64,000 nt of DNA from Histomonas meleagridis 2922-C6/04-290x (lineage: Eukaryota > Protista > Parabasalia), in contig JAANOX010000265.1 in the NCBI GenBank assembly GCA_020184695.1, positions 1 through 64,000 of the forward strand. Reading direction: 5' to 3'. A program made the translations under genes and the position numbers. The notes under the pieces were generated by a model that was not told the DNA's origin, searched no databases, and saw only the letters and a list, made by a program, of their open reading frames with translations. Below, piece after piece: positions 22,410-33,827 of the stretch (position 1 is the first letter of the stretch; the number at the start of each line of letters is the position of its first letter).

Positions 22410-22796
22410 TTACACAAGTTGGGCAAGCTGAGCTAAAATTTGTTTTGCTTCGCGTATCTGTTCTTTCAATTGTTGTACCTCTATTTCAGAAATAGCAGCA
22501 GCTCTAATCAGCGTTTCAACTCTTTTTTTTAAGCAAATATTTTCTGATATCAATGGGTCTGTTGATTCTATTTCCGAATCTGGTGTTGCATTAACGCTAC
22601 TCCAAACACCATCTTCGTATTGTAAACAGTTTCCAGTAAGGTTTATCTGGAAAGAGTGATCTTCAAAATTAGGTGAAATTCGCGGGAGTGTTTCAGGAAA
22701 ATTAGGTGAACCTTTGAATTGGCCTTTTTTTGTCCATTTTACTTCTCTCATTTCTAAAATTGTAGGTTCTTGTGTGTCATTTATTTTGCTTTCCAT
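22410..22796 (-). CDS. Hypothetical protein with C-terminal coiled coil (128 aa)
   Basis: ATG at 22796 (MESKINDTQ); C-terminal heptads LKKRVETL..LKEQIREAKQILAQL. Confidence 0.6.
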   Translation of the reverse strand: MESKINDTQEPTILEMREVKWTKKGQFKGSPNFPETLPRISPNFEDHSFQINLTGNCLQYEDGVWSSVNATPDSEIESTDPLISENICLKKRVETLIRAAAISEIEVQQLKEQIREAKQILAQLAQLV

Positions 22797-22980
22797 GTGT
22801 CTGTTTAAAATTGCAAAACCGCCAAAAATTGACAGGAATAAGCAGTTTTTAATCGTCAAAAAACATCGATTGGGATTTTCACAAGAACACGAACAAACCA
22901 AGAGACGTCTCGCATAGCATGCTATCAACATTTAATCGAAGTGGCTTTTATTTATTTTTATTCATGAAATTATTTTATTT

Positions 22981-24216
22981 CTATTTTCGTGACAATTGTT
23001 GAACTATTTGCAAAATATTTTTGATTTGTTCTTTAATTTGTTCGTTTTCTTCTGTAAGCATTTTTACTCTTTTTGTTAGTTCATCAACTCGATTTTTTAA
23101 ATCAGTATTCTGATCATTTTGCTCTTTGTTGTTACTAACATCTCCACCCAAGAAACAATCCATGCTGGAGTGTTTCTTTATGTTGAATCTTCCTTTGACA
23201 ACAACATTTATATTATCAGAATTATTTTGTGGTGGAACTGGCATATCATATGACCAGGTAGGAAGTTTTTTGCCTTTGCTTTTCTTTCGTTTATGTTTAT
23301 TTTCATGATCCAAATGTTTATATCTTTCTTCAACAGGTGGCAACTTATTTAAGATATGATTAACAATGTATCTAGAATCTGCTGCTTTAATGAAGAATGG
23401 TTCATTCAATAATTCTTCAGCAGTTGGTCTTTTTGCTGCATCGTGATTTAGGCACTTACGAACGACAGCTCTGAATTCAGGAGAAAACCGTCCATCGTTG
23501 GGGATTTGAGGGGGAGGTGCATTCAATATTTTTTGAACGATCGCCAGCGGTTTGAGATTTGAATATGGTGCGGTTCCAACCGCCAATTCAATCGCCTCGA
23601 TGCCAAAAGACCAAATGTCAGCTTTCTCGGTGTAGCCAATGTCTTCTTGAAGGACTTCAGGTGCCATATAACACGGTGTACCAATAATGGTAAAGCGAGC
23701 GCGCCTCCTTTGACCGTTCTCTAGAAGTGTTGCTGCAACACCAAAATCACCGATTTTGACAGAGCCTGTGGAACTAATAAGTGTGTTCCCTGGTTTCACA
23801 TCTCGGTGGAGTTCGTGGTTGGAATGAATGTGTTGTAGTGCTAATAAATTTGCTTTTAGAATAGTTGCTATGATTCTTTCATCTGTAAAACCATGTGGAA
23901 AACCAAATCGAATAATATCAGAAACAGACCCACCAGGCATAAACTCCATAAGGATGTAAAGAGTTGGTCCTGTAATAAATGATCCATAATATTCTACAAT
24001 ATTTGGATGCTGAGACGAAGACCAAAAAGCAACTTCTTGACGTAAATAATCTAGTTCCAATGGGTAACCTTCCAAATCGATTAATTTTATTGCCAAAATT
24101 TTACCGTTTGATTTACAACGAGCACTATAAACTTCTGATGTTGCTCCTTTTCCTATTAAACATAATAGTTCATAATCATCTGCGTTAAGTGGGAAATTTG
24201 TTTTGTTTTCTTTCAT
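22981..24216 (-). CDS. STE20-family Ser/Thr kinase, OSR1/SPAK-like
   Basis: N-terminal FPLNADDYELL, GKGATSEV, HRDVKPGN, GDFG, IGTPCYMAPEV, KGRFNI segment, C-terminal coiled coil. Confidence 0.93.
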   Translation of the reverse strand: MKENKTNFPLNADDYELLCLIGKGATSEVYSARCKSNGKILAIKLIDLEGYPLELDYLRQEVAFWSSSQHPNIVEYYGSFITGPTLYILMEFMPGGSVSDIIRFGFPHGFTDERIIATILKANLLALQHIHSNHELHRDVKPGNTLISSTGSVKIGDFGVAATLLENGQRRRARFTIIGTPCYMAPEVLQEDIGYTEKADIWSFGIEAIELAVGTAPYSNLKPLAIVQKILNAPPPQIPNDGRFSPEFRAVVRKCLNHDAAKRPTAEELLNEPFFIKAADSRYIVNHILNKLPPVEERYKHLDHENKHKRKKSKGKKLPTWSYDMPVPPQNNSDNINVVVKGRFNIKKHSSMDCFLGGDVSNNKEQNDQNTDLKNRVDELTKRVKMLTEENEQIKEQIKNILQIVQQLSRK

Positions 24217-24411
24217 ATTTAGATTTTAAGGTCCGACCTATTTACGAAATTCAAAAAGTGGGAATTTGAATGAGACAGTTATCTCATGTTTTACAAAAGT
24301 GAAGAGAAGATCATTTAAACTTTTGAATAAACAATTCAAAGATGAATTAACCGTCACATTAAAGTTTGATGTTTAAATTAATTTCTTTGCAATTTTTTAC
24401 TGAGAACTTCT

Positions 24412-25926
24412 TCAACACCTTCCGCGCTTGTATGACTTAGCAGCGCTTACAAGATTTGGTGAAATGTATATAACTTTGCTTGATGAATCAATTGGCATAT
24501 CATCAACGATTTGATCACACTGTACAAATTTGATTGAATATTTAGGTGATTTTCCTCTCTCAATCGTAGAGAAATTCCAGGAAATAAGTGAATTACCCAT
24601 ACTTGCAACCACTGCCACAACCTTTCCATGGCTTATTTCAAACTTAGCTGGTGTAAATGGTAATAAGATACCACCATTATTAGAAGCAATTGTTTGAATA
24701 TCAGCTGAACTTAGGTAAAGTCTTATTAGAGGTGGTTTATCTTTACCCATTGGAGAATCAAATCCAAGTTTACCAGTACTTTTAGCAAGAACATCGAATA
24801 CTGATAAATAATAAGGACATGTTGCAACGACCCAACGTTCATCTGGTGATACATCAATTCCAATGATTGGATCATTTCCAACATTAATTTGGAAGTTAAT
24901 TGTTGCACGTGTTTTACATGGCTCCTTATAGAGGCGAACAATACCATTATTAGAACCCATTGCAATCTTTCCATTCGAGGTCGTAATACCACATGTGAAC
25001 TTGTTATTTGTCTTATATTCGGAATGATTAACTACAGAGCATTGAACACGTGGGTCGAACATAAGTGTATCACGTTCATTAAATCCAACAAATGTTGGAG
25101 ATGTGCTATTTCCATTCTCTGTGTGAAGAAGTTTGACAACTGGAATTTGCTTGCCACTAGCGTCAATAGAATTTACATGGTTTGTGACCATGCCACGATC
25201 CAGATTAAGATTGAAAACTTCATACGGACGTTTTTGATCTAGAACAAATAACCCATGATCACCACTATGTGTAAGTGCATCATCAGCAATTAACTTTTGT
25301 CCTGTAGCATCAGAAATACTTGGAATGGACATTTGAAATGCGCAATCTTGACTGAAAATTCCAAGACCGCTATGGTCATTATAATTGCGTGTGACCAAAA
25401 TACTGTTGGTGTGTGGCGCATTACGAAGAAGTGAGTTTTTGCCATTATCAGGAGCACCATTATAATTCCCTTGTGAATCATCTTCAAAGAATTCATCATC
25501 TTCGTTTTCTACAGGCGGCTCAGACACTCGCATATATGAAATAATACGTTCAATTTCGGGTAAATCTTGGGCAGTGGGTCGTTTTTTGTAAGTAAACTCG
25601 AAAAGGCAATTAACGAATGCGTTAGCAAAGCGTTCGAGTTCAGTTGGGTTTTGGAATCCGAGTGAAAAACTATGCAAAATATTGTTATAACTTATGTCGA
25701 AATTAAATGTACTATCGATCATAGAGAAGAAAGTGTTAAGACAAGACGAAATGTCCGACTTCATCAGGACTTCTGGATTTGGTCCGACATCATCAACTTC
25801 GAAAGCAAAAGAGCAATTACCAATTGCTTGAATTTTGACGACTGAATTTGCTTCGACTTGGCGATAGTTTTGCCCATATCTTTGGTACACTTGAACCGGC
25901 GATTGGATTACGACTGCTTGTTGCAT
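24412..25926 (-). CDS. VID27: Vid27/CYPRO4-like protein
   Basis: NKFTCGITTSNGKIAMGSNNGIVRLY and PIIGIDVSPDERWVVATCPYYL resemble the Vid27 WD-like core; N-terminal PH-like segment. Confidence 0.8.
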   Translation of the reverse strand: MQQAVVIQSPVQVYQRYGQNYRQVEANSVVKIQAIGNCSFAFEVDDVGPNPEVLMKSDISSCLNTFFSMIDSTFNFDISYNNILHSFSLGFQNPTELERFANAFVNCLFEFTYKKRPTAQDLPEIERIISYMRVSEPPVENEDDEFFEDDSQGNYNGAPDNGKNSLLRNAPHTNSILVTRNYNDHSGLGIFSQDCAFQMSIPSISDATGQKLIADDALTHSGDHGLFVLDQKRPYEVFNLNLDRGMVTNHVNSIDASGKQIPVVKLLHTENGNSTSPTFVGFNERDTLMFDPRVQCSVVNHSEYKTNNKFTCGITTSNGKIAMGSNNGIVRLYKEPCKTRATINFQINVGNDPIIGIDVSPDERWVVATCPYYLSVFDVLAKSTGKLGFDSPMGKDKPPLIRLYLSSADIQTIASNNGGILLPFTPAKFEISHGKVVAVVASMGNSLISWNFSTIERGKSPKYSIKFVQCDQIVDDMPIDSSSKVIYISPNLVSAAKSYKRGRC

Positions 25927-26133
25927 ATGAAATTGTGAAATTTGGTCACTTCATTGCGTCAAACTTTATAAGAAAAAATTTCAATTTGACAAAAAATATT
26001 CTGAAGTTTACAATTCATTTTGTGTTGGGGCGATCGCTCATTTTCTGTTTATGGAAGATCAAAAAAAAAAAAAAAAAAACACACACACTGAAGTCATCAT
26101 CAGCGTTATATATTTATAGATTTGAAAATAATT

Positions 26134-28539
26134 TTATTGTTTTATTAAAAAGTCGAACGCCTCTTCGGGTGTGGAGAATTCTTCTTTATGACTAAATAGT
26201 TCCGATGGTGATGGACCATTGTATTCCCAACATGGATTGTTAATAAGTTCAAGAAAATGCGTAAATGAAATGTCAACTCCAGAGGAAGTCGTTTCATTTG
26301 ATGAAGTTTTGTTTTCTGTTTTAGGTTTATCATCAAATGATGGAAATGATATTTTTTCGTCATTTTTCTTTGGATTTTCATCCTCAAAAGATGGAAATTG
26401 TATTTTTTCTTCTTTTTGATTTGGTTCATCTGAAAAAGAAGGAAATGCGAAATTGTTTTCTGATTTCTTTGGTGTCTTCTCATCATCAAATGTTGGAAAT
26501 TGGAAACTTTCTTCTTTCTTTGGTTCATCTGCAAAAGAAGGAAATTCAATTTTCTCTTCTTTTTTATCTGGCTCATCAGCAAAAGAAGGAAATTCTATTT
26601 TCTCCTCCTTCTTTGGCTCATCTTCGAAAGAAGGAAATTCTATTTTCTCTTCTTTCTCTGCTGGCTCATCATCAAACGTTGGGAATTCGAACTTGTCTTC
26701 TTTTTTCGTTGGCTCATCGCTGAATGTTGGGAATTGGAAAGTTTCTTCTTTCTTAGGCTCGTCAGCGAAAGAAGGGAACATTATTTTCTCTTCTTTTTTC
26801 TCTGGCTCATCTTCGAAAGAAGGAAATTCTATTTTCTCTTCTTTCTCTGCTGGCTCATCATCAAACGTTGGGAATTCGAACTTGTCTTCTTTTTTCGTTG
26901 GCTCATCGCTGAATGTTGGGAATTGGAAAGTTTCTTCTTTCTTAGGCTCGTCAGCGAAAGAAGGGAACATTATTTTCTCTTCTTTTTTCTCTGGCTCATC
27001 TTCGAAAGAAGGGAATTCGATCTTTTCCTCCTCCTTTGGCTTATCATCGAAAGAAGGAAACACTATTTTCTCTTCTTCTTTCTTTGCTGGTTCATCTTCG
27101 AAAGAAGGAAATTCTATTTTCTCCTCCTTCTTTGGCTCATCTTCGAAAGAAGGAAACACTATTTTCTCTTCTTCTTTCTTTGCTGGTTCATCATCAAACG
27201 TTGGGAATTCGAACTTTTCTTCTCTTTTCATTGGCTCATCGCTGAATGTCGGGAATTGGAAATTTTCTTCTTTTTTATTTGGCGGTAAGTCGAATGCGTC
27301 ATTTCCGTCTGTTTTCATTCCATTTTTCATTAGTCCCTCTTTGCCACTTGTCCACTCTTTAATTTCATTAATTCTAAATTTATTCCATTGTTCATTTTGA
27401 TCTCCGACGTATTCATCAATTATCGATGCCAACTGCAAATAAAACCCGACGACATTTGCGTTCTTTCTCCAGTTACTTCTATTTGCATTTTCTAATATTA
27501 ACGGCACAAGTTTTTGTACAATTACTTCTCTTAACTTTGGAACGTTAATTGCCGATAATATAAACTTCACAAAAGTGCTCTGGTGAAACGTATTGATTTT
27601 ACCTTCGATAAACCTTTCAATAATTATTGGAATTGCATCAACAAGACTCTCATTGACATTCCGACTTAGAAACTCAAGCGCAAGTACTGATAGTTCTCCA
27701 TATGGTACATTTCTTTGCACAAGTTTTATTGCGATATTTTCAAATACATTTGATGCACCTGAAACTTCTATCGCAATCTTCATAATAAGACAATGAACAG
27801 AATTCGTTTTGTGCGTCGCATATATGTAACCGAGTTCTGCTGGAAACGTGTTTGGAAAAGTGAACTCCTTATTGAGTGTGACAAATGTGTAAACGGTCTC
27901 CAGGAGTTTGGAGTATTGAATTTCATTGAATTTGTGGTCTGAGAAATTGGATACAAATTCGGTCACTTGAGTCTTAAGTTCTGGAGGAGTTTTGCCGCCT
28001 TTTGGACAAAGAAGTCGAATATATGCAAAGATAAGAAAGTGATTATCGGGAGTTGGAATTGATACGAATTCATGGATGAGATCATATATTGAATTGATGT
28101 CGATATATTTGGTAAGGACAACCAAAATTGTTTTAGACTTTGCGAATAAGTTTGTAGTTTCCGACTTCTTTGTTTCGAAAGCTTTGATAAATATTCGGGA
28201 TATGTATCCCATTTTAACAAGACTTAATGACGGTATTTTGGAAATAAATTCTTCTGACAGCTGCTGGTTTTGAATAAGGTTTATAAGTAACGGCGAATTA
28301 TTTCCTGTAAATAATTCGACAGATGCTTTTGATACTTTTTCATTTTTGCTGTTGAGCATTGCGTCAATGAATTCGTTTACGTGTTCGCTAAGGAACATAA
28401 GTAACTGCGTATCTTTGGATCGATATGTTGAGAACAATTCCTGATGAAGAAGAATGGCTTCGTAGTCAATTGGGTCAGCAGTAAGCAGAGAAGCTAAAGA
28501 TGTCTCTGAATCATCAGCAAATGTGTCCCAAAATGACAT
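26134..28539 (-). CDS. SAPS (SIT4/PP6-associated)-like N-terminus with 20 acidic FPxF repeats
   Basis: MSFW..LASLL..EAILLHQEL..LLMFL resembles SAPS N-termini; repeat region (E/D)xxxFP(S/T)FxD(E/K)P. Confidence 0.65.
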   Translation of the reverse strand: MSFWDTFADDSETSLASLLTADPIDYEAILLHQELFSTYRSKDTQLLMFLSEHVNEFIDAMLNSKNEKVSKASVELFTGNNSPLLINLIQNQQLSEEFISKIPSLSLVKMGYISRIFIKAFETKKSETTNLFAKSKTILVVLTKYIDINSIYDLIHEFVSIPTPDNHFLIFAYIRLLCPKGGKTPPELKTQVTEFVSNFSDHKFNEIQYSKLLETVYTFVTLNKEFTFPNTFPAELGYIYATHKTNSVHCLIMKIAIEVSGASNVFENIAIKLVQRNVPYGELSVLALEFLSRNVNESLVDAIPIIIERFIEGKINTFHQSTFVKFILSAINVPKLREVIVQKLVPLILENANRSNWRKNANVVGFYLQLASIIDEYVGDQNEQWNKFRINEIKEWTSGKEGLMKNGMKTDGNDAFDLPPNKKEENFQFPTFSDEPMKREEKFEFPTFDDEPAKKEEEKIVFPSFEDEPKKEEKIEFPSFEDEPAKKEEEKIVFPSFDDKPKEEEKIEFPSFEDEPEKKEEKIMFPSFADEPKKEETFQFPTFSDEPTKKEDKFEFPTFDDEPAEKEEKIEFPSFEDEPEKKEEKIMFPSFADEPKKEETFQFPTFSDEPTKKEDKFEFPTFDDEPAEKEEKIEFPSFEDEPKKEEKIEFPSFADEPDKKEEKIEFPSFADEPKKEESFQFPTFDDEKTPKKSENNFAFPSFSDEPNQKEEKIQFPSFEDENPKKNDEKISFPSFDDKPKTENKTSSNETTSSGVDISFTHFLELINNPCWEYNGPSPSELFSHKEEFSTPEEAFDFLIKQ
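26321..27270 (-). repeat. Coding tandem repeat, 20 x 15-16 aa, containing a 189-bp higher-order duplication
   Basis: Anchor GGCTCA(TC)TTCGAAAG at 26615, 26804 and 26993 (189-bp period = 63 aa = four sub-units); the two copies look identical. Confidence 0.92.
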
Positions 28540-28610
28540 TTTGTTTTTGTGGCTTTGAGCACTTTTTAGTTAAATAAACGGTCGTTTAGTGATATTTACC
28601 ATCTTTAAAG

Positions 28611-29582
28611 ATGGAAAAGAAAAAAAAGCAAAAGGATTATTATATTAGAAAATTACAGGAGGAATTTTTATCAAACTGTGAAGAATTAAGAAGTGCTTCA
28701 CTGGAAATAATGGAATTAGAACAAAAATGTCAAGATCTTTCTTTAATGCCTCAAAAAATTAAAATTAATTCCAATTTAAACAATAAATTTTCGATGCGAA
28801 AGCCACGACAAACATTAATTAAAGAACTTGAAGATAGAATTGTAGAATTCAAAAATGAAAGAAAAATAAAGAAAAAGAGAAATAACCAACTTAGCAATCA
28901 ACTTCATTGTTTGAATACTTTTGATGTTTGTTCTGTTGATTTAGAAACACAAGAAGTTCTTAATATGATATCAGATTTAATATCAAGAAGAACATTTCCT
29001 CAATTAACAAACAGACTACGCGCATCTTATGAAATTCTCCAGCATAATTATGAGGGTGCCGAAACATATCTTCGTGGAATTACTGATAATGATATTTCAT
29101 TATTAGAAAGTATTAAATCAATAAAGGAAATTGAAAGAAGAAAACGAACATATGAACAACTTGAAGCTAAGTTAAAGATGGCACAAGCAAGATTTAATCA
29201 AATGGAGAAATTTCATTTTGCTCAAATTAAACAAAATCAAAATAACACAGAAAAAACGAAAAACGAAACAGAAGAATTAAAGCAATTACAAATCGAAAAG
29301 AGTTTACATGAAATTGAAATGAATAAAACAGAACAAAATTTACGAAAAGCAAAAGAATTAGAAAAAGAAATAAAAAATTTGGAAAGAAAAAAGAAAAATT
29401 TGGAAGAACAAATTAATGATAAAACAGAATCAAACGAAAGTGAAATTTTGACAAAATTAAAAAATGATATTTTAAAACAAGAAATTGAAATAAGAAATGA
29501 AAAAAGAATTAACAAAAAACTAAATGAGAAATATAATGAATTGGAAAAAGAACGAAATAAATTAAATCAAAATGTAGAATAA
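28611..29582 (+). CDS. Coiled-coil hypothetical protein
   Basis: 323-aa K/E/Q-rich ORF, head-to-head with the SAPS-like gene (71-nt gap). Confidence 0.7.
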   Translation: MEKKKKQKDYYIRKLQEEFLSNCEELRSASLEIMELEQKCQDLSLMPQKIKINSNLNNKFSMRKPRQTLIKELEDRIVEFKNERKIKKKRNNQLSNQLHCLNTFDVCSVDLETQEVLNMISDLISRRTFPQLTNRLRASYEILQHNYEGAETYLRGITDNDISLLESIKSIKEIERRKRTYEQLEAKLKMAQARFNQMEKFHFAQIKQNQNNTEKTKNETEELKQLQIEKSLHEIEMNKTEQNLRKAKELEKEIKNLERKKKNLEEQINDKTESNESEILTKLKNDILKQEIEIRNEKRINKKLNEKYNELEKERNKLNQNVE

Positions 29583-30155
29583 ATTAATAAATGTTTGAAT
29601 TGTATATAATTTATTTTATTAAATATGTATTCATATATGAAAAAAGAAAAGATACTTGTTAGAATAAAGAAAGAAGTACTACAATATGAAAACTCAGTGC
29701 ATATTCGACATGGTAAAAGCATTTAATTGTTAGTGTTTTATTATCATATACTGTTTAATACATTTATATCAGCTCCAGCAAAGTGTAAACATTTAATGAT
29801 GCATATTGCTTAATGCAAAAATCTAATATTTTAATTATTTATTTTTTCGATGTTTCATAAGAATTCTGCCCTAATCTTCATGTAAATTTTGGACATCATA
29901 TAAATGTTAAAACTAGAAATGTATATAATTTCTTAAATATTCGATAATGAAAATCATCAAATGGCTTTGATATATAACAAGTAAACCATACAAATTATTT
30001 ATCGAAATTTCTGACGAATATTTTGTGCACAAAGTAAAGATAACACTTAGTTAAAAAACGAACCCAATTAGCGGTTAATAAATTTTTCTGAAGTTTACTG
30101 ATTATAATTTCAGAAAAATCTGAATTGAAAAAGGTTTTTTAAGTCCAGCGGCAGT

Positions 30156-32234
30156 ATGGAAGTCGACAGGAAGATCCTCAGCCAAGTCAAAAAAATCGTA
30201 GATCTCCATAGCGGTCATGTTATTGCATGTATGCGTACTCAAAATGTCTTACGCCGAAGTGCGATTGAGCCCGCAGTTCTTGTGATAACGGAAATCGAAT
30301 TTGTATTACTTACAGAAAGCACAGGTAAACTTGCCGTTGTAGACAGGTTCACGTGGCCCATGATCACACATGTCAATTTGCTTTCGAAGATTCAAGTTCA
30401 ATTAAATAAATCATCTGGTGGATTAGTTCTACAACAAGATAATGCATATGAATTAGCATCGTATGTCATTGGCTATTTAAGTTGTATTCTACCGCCAAAT
30501 GAAGTACCCAAATTCGAAGGAGATCGATCATTTTTAACACAATTTACTCCATTAAAAGTACCACAGTATCAACGATTTTTATACCTCGCAACTAAGGCTA
30601 AGATACAGTTAGGAGACACATTCCTCAAAGCGATTAAGGAGCAAATGAAAAATATCAAATTTTGCGATTTCACTAAAATCCCTAAAAGTGATATTTGCTC
30701 AGACATAATCATTGACTCTCTCACTATACAGCCCGCAATTAAAGGGTTTTCTATACAGAAAAGCAAAAAAGGAACGTTATGGACACAAATAGCGAAGATG
30801 ATCTCTTCGGGATCAAATCCAAACCTCGAAGTGATCAAGATTCATGAGCCTATTGACTCTTCATTTACGGAACTTATTAAGGCATTTCAAAGTACAAATA
30901 CCAAAATCCACACATTCAAATTCTTTGATTCCAATTTCCAAAAGAATCAAGTTCAACTTCTTATTGATTTTGTCACTGCTTCCAAGGTCAATTACTTATC
31001 ACTTTCCAAAGCATGTGACAATGATTTCATTTCCAAATTCATATGCATGTCAACACAAAATGATTCACTTAAAAGTACCCGCGTGCTTAAGCTCGAAGGC
31101 ATTCCAAACCTTAACATCTCTGAGCTTCTAAACAACATTCCAACCATCAAAAGCCTGAAAATCAGTTCCTGTGAAATTGACGTTTCATCGGCGCTATGTT
31201 CACTTTCGGCAACTTCACTTCACTCCTTCACAATTTCGCATTCGACAGCGTCAAATCGTATCGACAAAACTTCACAATTGCCGCCATCGTTAGACACCAT
31301 TAATCTTCATCATATTCAATGGGAAGGAACGACTTATGCTGACGCGTGGGTATTATTGATGAGACATAAACCTGCGTCAAATCAATTGAAAATAGATATG
31401 TCAGCAGCAGTCGTACCTGATAACGTTTGGCAAGGATTTTTCAACGGAATTCGAAACCTTGTTAATCCAAGACTCGTTAATCTTAAATATTGTTCGAATC
31501 CAATTCGACCACAATTGATCGAATTCATTGGAAAACTTCCTAATCTTAAGGCATTATGCTTCCAAGGATGTCTTCGAAATGAAACACCAGAACTTGTAAA
31601 GTCATTTGGCGAAATGTTGGCTTCAAATTCGACAATTAAATCGTTAGATGTTTCGGGTAATGCATTTGGTAAAATGAGGGAATCTTCACTCGAAATTATT
31701 AAAGCATTAAGAACAAATACAGGACTCGAGAAAGTGAACTTTTCAAATAACGAGTTCGGAGATAAATGTCTTAAGGAATTACAACAAACTTTAATAGAAA
31801 ATAAAAGAATTAGGAAATTGTTCTGGGATGGAAATAATATACGTTCACCTGAAGTACTCGCAAGATTTATAGAAACGATGGGCGGAAGAGGTTCGCAATT
31901 AGTGTTTAATTGGCCTGAAAAAGAACTCCATGAAATGATGAAGAAAAGAATGATTAAGAGTGCACACGTTGAAAATTTGCATAAGATTTTCCAAAAAGTC
32001 GTAAGTTTGAAGAACGTGGATCAAGCTGAAGATGACGATAAATTCCAACAAGAATTATTAATGTATTCAACAAATAGAATGGCTGGAAACTTAACCGAGT
32101 TGGAAATAGGCGAATGGAGTTCTCCTTTCCCAACATTACAAAAGCCGGATAATAATGAAATCATAAAGGATAATGCAGAAAGATTCTCATTATCAAACAT
32201 AGTCGGAATGTTCTATAAAACTTTGAGCAATTAA
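30156..32234 (+). CDS. CARMIL-like leucine-rich-repeat protein (PH-like N-terminus plus RI-like LRRs)
   Basis: LASNSTIKSLDVSGNAFG, ALRTNTGLEKVNFSNNEFGD, LIENKRIRKLFWDGNNI; N-terminal beta-rich PH-like segment. Confidence 0.7.
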   Translation: MEVDRKILSQVKKIVDLHSGHVIACMRTQNVLRRSAIEPAVLVITEIEFVLLTESTGKLAVVDRFTWPMITHVNLLSKIQVQLNKSSGGLVLQQDNAYELASYVIGYLSCILPPNEVPKFEGDRSFLTQFTPLKVPQYQRFLYLATKAKIQLGDTFLKAIKEQMKNIKFCDFTKIPKSDICSDIIIDSLTIQPAIKGFSIQKSKKGTLWTQIAKMISSGSNPNLEVIKIHEPIDSSFTELIKAFQSTNTKIHTFKFFDSNFQKNQVQLLIDFVTASKVNYLSLSKACDNDFISKFICMSTQNDSLKSTRVLKLEGIPNLNISELLNNIPTIKSLKISSCEIDVSSALCSLSATSLHSFTISHSTASNRIDKTSQLPPSLDTINLHHIQWEGTTYADAWVLLMRHKPASNQLKIDMSAAVVPDNVWQGFFNGIRNLVNPRLVNLKYCSNPIRPQLIEFIGKLPNLKALCFQGCLRNETPELVKSFGEMLASNSTIKSLDVSGNAFGKMRESSLEIIKALRTNTGLEKVNFSNNEFGDKCLKELQQTLIENKRIRKLFWDGNNIRSPEVLARFIETMGGRGSQLVFNWPEKELHEMMKKRMIKSAHVENLHKIFQKVVSLKNVDQAEDDDKFQQELLMYSTNRMAGNLTELEIGEWSSPFPTLQKPDNNEIIKDNAERFSLSNIVGMFYKTLSN

Positions 32235-32642
32235 TTAAAAGCATCAAATTTGATGTTTCGGGGTGCCCCAAAATATTTACATAAAATTTCAATTCTTTAC
32301 TTTCCACTTTTTGTATGACTCATGAGTCATTTAGGAAAATAATTTTATTCTGATATAAATAGAAAATTCAAAAATATTTCATATGCCAATATGTTTGATG
32401 ATATATCTAAATAATAATTATTTATATATAATGAAGAGAAAATATTAACTGAATTCTGTGTATTATTTTTTTATTTTTAATTTGAATCATTATTTATAAT
32501 TAGTTTTATCGCACATTAATGAAAATTAAATGTTAGTGTAATAATACCAAAAAAAACCACATTTCTATGTTTTATTGATGATGAAGTAGAACATAGTCAT
32601 ATAATTTTTTGAATAGTTTATGGATTCAATTTCATTTTTTGC

Positions 32643-33827
32643 ATGGAACAAAAAACTTCAGTTCCAAATATCCATAATGAATGGGAACTATTTCTATCGA
32701 TACATAAAATTATGTTTGGTTTAGATAAAGGTAATTTTGCTCAATCGGTAAATTTGATCATTAATAAGTTTGATTATTTGCATCCCATATCTTATAATAC
32801 AATCATATGCCAAATGATATATTCATTGTTTACTATAAGATTTGATAGCTATGATATATATTTGGAATTTATGAAGCAAATAAAAAAATTCGAAGAGGAA
32901 AAAAAAATTAAATCAAATTTTTTTAATGTATTTGCACGATTTCTTGTTAATAATCAAAGACAAGAATCATATTATTTTCTAGAATATTTTATTGAACATA
33001 ATTTAATAAAACCTAAAGTGATCAAAAACATAAAAATTTCATATTTTGCACATCATATGCCAGAAAAAGAATTAAAAGAATTGATGGAATATTGTGATGA
33101 ATTTACAAAAGAAAATTTTGAGGAACTTAAACGAAATGATTGGGAACTTCATAATAAGTTAATTAAAGAAGGAGTTAATCCAAGTGAAATAACAAAAATA
33201 ATTCGAAATGATGAAATAGAAAAACTTCAAAAAATATCATCACAAACAAATTTTGATTTTAATCAAAAAATTGAACCTTCATTTTGTGAACGATATTCAT
33301 TTATTCATAATTGGAATATTCGACTTATTGATTATGCAGCATTTTTCGGATCCATAAAATGTTTTAAACATTTACTAATGAATGGTTCTGATGTTTATAA
33401 TTCAGGTAAATATGCAATTGTTGGGAAAAACATTGAAATTATTCATTTATGTTTACAAAATCATTCAACATTTGATTGTGCTTATGAAGCAGCAATTGTA
33501 TTTCATCGAAATGATATTTTTAAATATCTTTATGAAAATAAAATTATTGAAATTAATGACATGGAAAAATTAGGAAAGAAATGTATTTCACATTATAATT
33601 ATGATATTTTTTCATTTTTAGAAAAAGAAGGATTGAAAATAACAGAAAACATTGTTAGAAAAGCAGCAAAGATTGGAAATTTATATTTTATCAAAAAATT
33701 TCTTGATTTAAATGAAATTCACAAAGATATTTTAGTTTTCTCTTCTGAATCAGGTAATTTGGAACTTGTTAAATATATTTTAGAAAAGAAAAGAATTGGT
33801 ATTAATGAAAAAGATAAGCAAATTTAA
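32643..33827 (+). CDS. DUF3447/ankyrin-repeat protein, contiguous 5' part (locus 1)
   Basis: IIRNDEIEKLQKI, LIDYAAFFGSIKCFKHLLMNG (DUF3447-like), ankyrin SGNLELVKYIL; the frame stops 3 codons after NEKD, inside the first AT-rich spacer. Confidence 0.85.
   Translation: MEQKTSVPNIHNEWELFLSIHKIMFGLDKGNFAQSVNLIINKFDYLHPISYNTIICQMIYSLFTIRFDSYDIYLEFMKQIKKFEEEKKIKSNFFNVFARFLVNNQRQESYYFLEYFIEHNLIKPKVIKNIKISYFAHHMPEKELKELMEYCDEFTKENFEELKRNDWELHNKLIKEGVNPSEITKIIRNDEIEKLQKISSQTNFDFNQKIEPSFCERYSFIHNWNIRLIDYAAFFGSIKCFKHLLMNGSDVYNSGKYAIVGKNIEIIHLCLQNHSTFDCAYEAAIVFHRNDIFKYLYENKIIEINDMEKLGKKCISHYNYDIFSFLEKEGLKITENIVRKAAKIGNLYFIKKFLDLNEIHKDILVFSSESGNLELVKYILEKKRIGINEKDKQI

Noticed and set aside
26145-27400. 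Several long alternative-frame and antisense ORFs over the FPxF repeat
   Set aside because: Shadows of a stop-poor tandem repeat.
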